A stretch of DNA of 62,989 nucleotides, filler included, from Olpidium bornovanus S191 (Eukaryota > Fungi > Olpidiomycota), in the NCBI GenBank assembly GCA_017911155.1. It is 30 parts of 30 records of this genome, joined end to end, with 100 filler letters (N's around TTAATTAATTAA, not from the genome) between each part and the next. Parts side by side here need not be neighbours in the genome. Positions count along the whole stretch, not along the records: positions 56,813 to 58,589 come from JAEFCI010006096.1; positions 58,690 to 60,292 come from JAEFCI010002529.1; positions 60,393 to 61,417 come from JAEFCI010013108.1; positions 61,518 to 62,989 come from JAEFCI010000494.1; 26 more parts are not named here. One strand, 5' to 3'. Shown one piece after another: positions 56,713-62,989 of this stretch; positions within the stretch are counted from its first letter, which is position 1, and each line of letters opens with the position of its first letter. Position numbers and translations under genes: made by a program. The notes under the pieces are model-generated. The model had not been told where the DNA came from. It made no database searches and saw only the letters and a program-made list of their open reading frames with translations.

Positions 56713-56812
56713 NNNNNNNNNNNNNNNNNNNNNNNNNNNNNNNNNNNNNNNNNNNNTTAATTAATTAANNNNNNNNNNNNNNNNNNNNNNNNNNNNNNNN
56801 NNNNNNNNNNNN

Positions 56813-57570
56813 CATGGGCAAGGATTCAGGAGCCTCAAAATCTAAACGTTCATCACTTTCAGAATTTCCCTGAGCACTCAGCTTTGGGAAGGTTGATTCC
56901 TTAAATACACAATTGTCTAGGCGGGCTCAGAGCACAGCGCCTGTTGTCGGGTCCAAGTATCGAATGAGACTGGGGGAATCAAAACCGACATAAATCCTCT
57001 CCCGGCGCTGGGCACCGAGTTTCAAGCGCGATGGGGCAAGGATTGGCACCCAAACGTGGCAGCCAAAGACCGGCAGGTGCTTGATGACTGGCTTGCTTCC
57101 TGAGAGCAGTTCCTGGGGGGAACGGGTCTCCAAGGAAGAAGGGCGAAGACGAATTAATGCCGCAGCATGTATTGCAGCATGTCCCCAAGCCGCAGCAGGA
57201 AGGCCTGAACGCATCAGGAGGGGACGCGCAATGAGCTGTATGCATTTAATGAAAAACTCAGCTAATCCGTTTTGGGCGTGCTCGTGCGGCACCGAGTATG
57301 TCAACTCGATGCCCGTTGCAGTGCAAAAGTCCTTGAAGGCTTGCGACCGAAATTCACGAGCGTTGTCCATCTGAAGCGTCTTTATCGGATATTCCGGGTA
57401 ATGTGCCCAGAATTTGAGGACCTGTGCCAGAGTCTTCGCAAAGACGGAATGGTCCGGACGTTGGGCGTATCTGTCCGCAGAGGTCTCCATGGATCCTGGC
57501 GAGCATCACCGGCAATTCTTGCGGGAGCTTCCACCTGGAAGGGCGAGAAACAAATTTTCCCCTCCAAAAA
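56813..57570 (-). mobile_element. Ty1/copia integrase fragment, inactivated (Bianca-like)
   Basis: GKFVSRPS..LARIHGDLCGQIRPTSGPFR / VFAKTLAQV..PIKTLQMDNAREF..QNGLAE..WGHAAIHAA..FGCHVWVPI..IYVGFDSPSLIRYLDPTTG, then an in-frame TGA and ARLDNCVFKESTFP. An internal deletion with frameshift lies near 57445. Confidence 0.92.
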
Positions 57571-58291
57571 GCCTTCGGGTTTCCGGAAGCGCCTGGCAGG
57601 GCGGGGCCAAAAGCGCAGCGGCTGCCTGTTCCAAGAAAAGCGGCGTCTCCGACGGCAACCTCGCGGCGGGGCTGCTGCTGGTCCTCAGCCGGAGCTGCTT
57701 TTCCAGCTCGCCCTGTACGAGGCGCAAGCGGTCGAGAGCGAGGGCGGTGACGCTCTTCCCGTCGTTGGGCACGGGCAGTGTAGTCCTCCGGAGGTGGGGC
57801 AGGGCGGCGGCGGCATGGGCGGCGGGAGCAAGGGCGGCAGCCAGCGGGGCCGCGTGCGCGTGCTGCTGCTCTCCCGTGGACGCGGGCGGGCGCCGGGGTT
57901 GGCGGTGCGGGCGGCCATAAAGAAGCAGCCCTGCGCGCGGGGAAAGGTGCAGGCGGGTGACGGCGCGAAGGGCGGCTGCCAATGGCGCGCGGGCGGGCGC
58001 CGGGGCGCGGCGACGACGGCGCGGCGCGGCGACGTTGCCGGTGGCGCGCGGGCGTCTGCGCACGCGCAGTGGTGACGGCGCGGCCAAGGCACGACGGCAA
58101 CGGCGGCCGTGACTTTCTCTCGGCGAAGCTTTCGAGGGCGAGCCCGGCAGAGAGGGGGCACGGCGAGCAGGAAGCAGCGGGAGAGCGGAATGGTGCTGAT
58201 AACGTGTTACAAAAAGCTTCTTCGTTCCGCCTTCCTTTCTTCTCTCCTTTGTTTGCGGTTTGACCGGCGGGAGGGAAAAGCCCACTGGAGC

Positions 58292-58449
58292 TAGGGTTCC
58301 TACCCGCGGGGTCGGGTACCGGTTTTGCCTAAACCGGAACCCGTACCCGTGGCAGTTTGAAGAACCCGTACCCGTACCCGAGCAGCTTCAGCGAAACCCG
58401 TACCCGTACCCGTACCCGTACCCGTACCCTTACCCGGGGGGTAGATCTA
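58292..58449. mobile_element. 158-bp MITE-like element with imperfect terminal inverted repeats and ACCCGT hexamer array
   Basis: It starts TAGGGTTCCTACCCGCGGGGTCGGGTAC, and the reverse complement of its end is TAGATCTACCCCCCGGGTAAGGGTAC. The interior holds (ACCCGT)n runs. No clear target-site duplication. Confidence 0.55.
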
Positions 58450-58689
58450 TTGAATTTTACTTCTCCTCGTGCTTTGGGCGTCTTCACTGTCGTCATCGTT
58501 TGCCGGTCTCTTTCCCAGGCTGACTGCACTTACTCCATTCAGCTGGTTGCCAGATTGACTGATGCTGTCATCCGGGAGAACTTCTTCCANNNNNNNNNNN
58601 NNNNNNNNNNNNNNNNNNNNNNNNNNNNNNNNNTTAATTAATTAANNNNNNNNNNNNNNNNNNNNNNNNNNNNNNNNNNNNNNNNNNNN

Positions 58690-60290
58690 GGCCGACAGCT
58701 CCTAGGGCGGCATATTCGCCGAGACTGACAACGAAAAGAAACCAGTTCGGGTGTGTGCGTATGTGTATGCGTGCGCTAGTGCCGCAAAAAAAAAAAAAAA
58801 AAAAAAAAAAAAACGAGAAAGGCCACGTCAGGTTCCTTACCTGTGCCCGGCGAACGAACAGCCCTCCTGAACGAGGCCGTTGGCTTGCATGTCGAAGAAG
58901 GACGCGATCTCCATGAGCACCAGAGCCGGCTGCGTGAACTGGGTGGCGGAGAGGAGTCCGGCGGCGTGACTGAACGTGTACGACAGGGTGTTCTCGTCGA
59001 TTTGCGGGAACAGGGGGACACTTTTGATTTCTCCCTTTTCCAAGACGTCGTAAGTCATGGACATGTACGTCCGCCTGATCGCGCCGCCGTTTTGACCCCT
59101 GAAGTGGACGGTCTCCGAGGCGGGGTTCGTGCGGACAATCTTCAGGATCGAAATCCCGTACGTGGACCGCATGTGTGCCTGTTCGCGTCCCCCCGCCCGC
59201 CTTCGCGTAAACCACCATCCTGAAATAATCGCACACGGCAACGCGACAAAAACTTTCCGGCCCCGTCGCAAACACACGCGTTCTTTACCTCCGCACGATC
59301 CCAGAGTTCGCGAGCGACCAACGATTTTTCGTATAATTCCTGAATGGCGAAAAAAGGAGGCAGAAAAGAAAAGGTGAACGGGAGGTATACAGGCCTTTAC
59401 TGACAAAAAAAAATGCTTAGTACGCAAACGGCAGAACGCACCATTCCCATGCCAACTTCTTGCGAGCCCTGGCCGGTGAAGACGTACGCTGTGCCGGGTT
59501 GCTCAACAAGGGCCTCGCCTTCGAGAACTTTCGAACCGCGGCTGTTGACTGTGACCACCTTGATAATGCTCTTGCCGTTGCTCATGCCCACGTGGTAAAG
59601 CTTTGTGTCCAGCTCGTCGCCGGGGAAGACCATGTCGAGGAACGCGACGCGATAGGACTTGACACGCTTCGGGTCGTTATTGGCGGCGAATATCTCCACG
59701 AATTTCCGGGATGACGCCGAAGTGAACATCCCGTGAGTGATGGTTCCGGGAAGCCCGGCGAGGTCCGCGAAATAAGCGTTGGTGTGAATCGGGTTTAGAT
59801 CGCCGGAAACGCCTGCGTAGGCGGAGTTCGAGAGGGGCACCGCGACGCAGGCGGGGAAGACCTTCGTGTCAGGAAGCACGGGGTAGCCGCCGGTTTTGAA
59901 ATAGACGGGCTGCTCGATGGACGACCCGCTGCGCGCCAGGTACTCGAGGACGATGTTGCCGCGGACGCCGGAAGCCTCGTATCGCACGCTGGCGACCTCG
60001 ACAACCCCGCGGGCCGTCTTCAGCCACACGCTGCCCTCCGTGTTGACCCTCGAAAACACCGTGCGGCTGGCGTTCTGGGCGAACGTCTTCAGGCGGAAAA
60101 TGAGCGTGGCCCCGGGCGCGAGCTGTTCGGAACCGCCCGCGTTCCACTTGAACCACGGCTTCGACCTGAGAACCTCCACGTCCTTCCGGGACGCGCAGAC
60201 GACCTGCACCGGCTGCTCCGTCCTCCGCGTGAAGGTCCGTTCGTAGTCGGAGAATTTCCCGCGGTACAAGAAGGAGCTTGTCACCTCCAT
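58690..60290 (-). CDS. FAS1: fungal fatty acid synthase beta subunit (dehydratase and malonyl/palmitoyl transferase region), partial
   Basis: MaoC-type DH YAGVSGDLNPIH..ITHGMFTS, MPT YVFTGQGSQEVGMGM/ELY, GLLSATQFTQPAL, and the active site FAGH/SLGEYAAL split by an intron. Confidence 0.97.
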
Positions 60291-60412
60291 GANNNNNNNN
60301 NNNNNNNNNNNNNNNNNNNNNNNNNNNNNNNNNNNNTTAATTAATTAANNNNNNNNNNNNNNNNNNNNNNNNNNNNNNNNNNNNNNNNNNNNCCCCTTTT
60401 TTTTTTTTTTTT

Positions 60413-60463
<51 letters not shown>

Positions 60464-60599
60464 TGCAGGCGGGCCAAACAAGCGCCCTCGACATTGCTCG
60501 AACGATTTTTTTTTTTTTTTGGCGAGAGAGGGGAGGCGGAGAGGGGGAAGGGGTGGATGGGGCCATTTCATAGAGGCTGGGAACCCCGCAACCTCGACG

Positions 60600-61020
60600 T
60601 GTTTACTCCAGCAAGACGAGCAGAAGAAATGCGGGAGAGAGCCGCTATTTCTCACGTGCTTGGTTTCGGTTAGGGGGAGGAAAAAGGGGAGGGGGGGGAG
60701 GAACTGTAGAATAAGGGGGAGGGGGCTGAGCCGTAGACGCACTGCGCGTATCAGCCCGCGTTACCCCCCCCCCTGCGTAGATTACTTAGTCGCCACCATA
60801 AATTAAAGCCAGGGGAAACTAGTAAACAAACGCACCAAAATACACTTCTTCCCTTCCCGTTCTTTCGAGCTCGCAGTATACGCCGTGTTTATTCGCCTTC
60901 TTCTTCAGCTCGGCTCCAACAGGAACGGCCAAGCCGTTCTGCCTGCGGGTACTCAGCGTCCCAGGCAAGCAAGCTGGGGGGGGCCTCACTCTTCCTAAGC
61001 TGTCCACCTCCCGGAGCTCT
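60600..61020 (-). CDS. hypothetical multi-exon gene, unassigned
   Basis: Short AG/GT-bounded open segments RELREVDSLGR, NGLAVPVGAELKKKANKHGVYCELERTGREE and HVRNSGSLPHFFCSSCWSKHVE. No family recognised. Confidence 0.3.
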
Positions 61021-61280
61021 CTGCCCTCCTCCCCGATGCGTTTTGACACCCGCCTTTCATACGCAGTCCGGCCTCTTCTGCCATCAGGCCCCGTTTACGT
61101 TGCCCGCTTTCCTCGTTTGCGGGGCAGTGGGGCGGGGCCGTGTCAGACAGGCGCAGCGCGCCGCGGTGCGCAAACGGGAAGCATCCGCCTTTTTATTTTA
61201 TTTTATTTTCTTTTTTTTCTTTTCGTCCTTTTGCCGAGAGGAATTCTTGGTCGCGGTGGGGGTAGGGAAGGGCGGAGTAA

Positions 61281-61327
<47 letters not shown>

Positions 61328-61333
61328 CCCCCC

Positions 61334-61409
<76 letters not shown>

Positions 61410-61573
61410 CCACCACCNNNNNNNNNNNNNNNNNNNNNNNNNNNNNNNNNNNNNNNNNNNNTTAATTAATTAANNNNNNNNNNNNNNNNNNNNNNNNNNN
61501 NNNNNNNNNNNNNNNNNCATGTGGCGCGTGCGCCGGAGGGTGGCGTTACCCGCTGGACGCACACTCTGTCAGG

Positions 61574-61604
<31 letters not shown>

Positions 61605-62954
61605 AATAAGTACCGTAACGCCGCAGTTGGTCTTTCAGCGGCAGGAATCCGGGCGGAGACAAGCAGGGACGGGGCAATGAGAGAAAGGGAGAGTTACCCC
61701 TCGAGTTTTTTTTATCGAGTTGGTTTCGCTGCGGAACAATTCGCGGCGACATTCACGGTTCTGCACGTGAACATTTTACAGGTTCGCGAAACCCCTGGCT
61801 TCCGGGCTCCAGCGGGGCGGACCCCGTTATACTCTATAAATCTCGAGTGCTGGCCGCGCCGGCCGTCCAAAGAAAAAAAAAACAACCCTTTGGCAGTCGC
61901 ATAAAAAAGAAGAAAAAAAAAGAAACAAAAAAGGGAAAACAAGAGAATCCCGTATGTGCCAAATCCCGGCGCAAAGCACATTTAGGTTGCGACATTGCTC
62001 TCTTCGAGAGCGCGTGCTGTTACCTGCGAGAGGCGGCTGCATGCGTCATAACACGTGATTCGGCGCCTATTTCAGGTGGGTCACGCGCTTGACGATGGGA
62101 CGCGAAAGGGAAGGGGGTGGGGGGGGGAAAAGGGTATTCTGTTTGCCTTGTTGCGGCGCATTCTTGATTGAACCTTGGCCGCGTCGCCGTGGTAATGAAG
62201 GAAATGGGGGGAAGAGAGAGGATGCTTGGCCTGTTCCTCATGGCGTCCCTGTGGTGTGGAACCAAGAACCTCCACGATCTTGGAGCTCGGGCCGGGCATT
62301 TCTTCGGCGAGGTTTTCCTTATCCCCTTCCACAGCCCCAGCAGCAAGCTTCGGGCGTCAACCGCCAATGCTCGTGTCCCGAAGAAGCAACCATGCTGTCG
62401 GTCGCGCCCGCAACGGCTTTGCTTCCGTTCTTCGACATTCTCGGCGGCTGCCCCACCGTAGCCGCCGTCGCCGGGGCCGTTGTGATTTTCGTTTGCTTCG
62501 CCGGCATCTCCCTCGTTCTCTGTTGCCGTTTTCTTACGTCGCCTCAAAGGCGTTCGCCGTCCTGCAGTGGTTTTCGTGCATCACCTCAGGATGCTTGACC
62601 GGCTTCCAGAGGTCTTCGCGCAAATCGTCGGAATCAGCGCGCGGCGTCGTCAGATGGGAATGTGTTTGGGAGCTCTGTTGCGCTGCGCGGCGCGCGGGCC
62701 CCTGAGCGTCTCCGTTTGGGGAGCAACTCCGCGACAAGGCCCGCTTCGTGTGCGGAAGCAAGCCAACCTCGCACGAGAGGTGCCCGGCGTCGCGGGGCCC
62801 GCGGTGGCCGGCGAAAGACAAGGTCGGCCTGCGAAGATGGCTCAAATCGCGTTCGCTGACGGGCGCGATGAGGTCGAGGCGAATAAAAACGGACCGCAAT
62901 TGTGAGCCAGACAAGCTCGGGATACTTGAAAGCGAGCGCGCGCGCGCGCGCGCG

Positions 62955-62989
<35 letters not shown>

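Noticed and set aside
58357-58641. YPYPYP and TRTRTR peptide repeats
   Set aside because: They are translations of the ACCCGT hexamer array, better explained as a non-coding element.

Overview
This is not a contiguous locus. It is 30 short contigs (about 1-5 kb) joined by 29 identical artificial 100-bp spacers (44 N + TTAATTAATTAA + 44 N), so gene neighbourhood across a spacer carries no information. The DNA is GC-rich, intron-rich and full of homopolymer tracts. It comes from a fungus: it encodes a fungal type-I FAS beta subunit, a fused PurK-PurE ADE2, a Chs7-like protein, an Osh1/2-like OSBP and NAD-GDH. An early-diverging lineage is likely; Olpidium-like is only my guess from sequence style. 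Most of the six-frame ORFs are antisense or low-complexity shadows, and the real genes had to be rebuilt by hand across introns. Recognisable genes, mostly partial: gamma-tubulin, coactosin-like ADF-H protein, GDH2, Vps3/Vam6-family, ARP5, alpha/beta-hydrolase, PDX2/SNO, kinesin, VFA1, SF3B2/CUS1, glyoxalase II, zf-HIT, OSBP, CHS7-like, ADE2, TOM70 and FAS1. The best leads are three secreted effector-like proteins: a triple-Kazal inhibitor with a GC-AG intron, a small Cys-containing secreted protein, and a signal-peptide + C2 + uncharacterised catalytic-looking domain protein. Also notable are a copia integrase resembling the plant Bianca lineage, a nested copia/gypsy graveyard, a dispersed 12-bp Ser/Asp-type minisatellite, a 179-bp tandem duplication, and unusually relaxed splice signals. 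17 of 58 contig ends sit on CATG, and the gamma-tubulin match stops at an internal CATG, which points to NlaIII-type library artefacts and a possible chimera. I found no tRNA, rRNA or CRISPR array. All family assignments come from motif recognition by eye; no searches were run.
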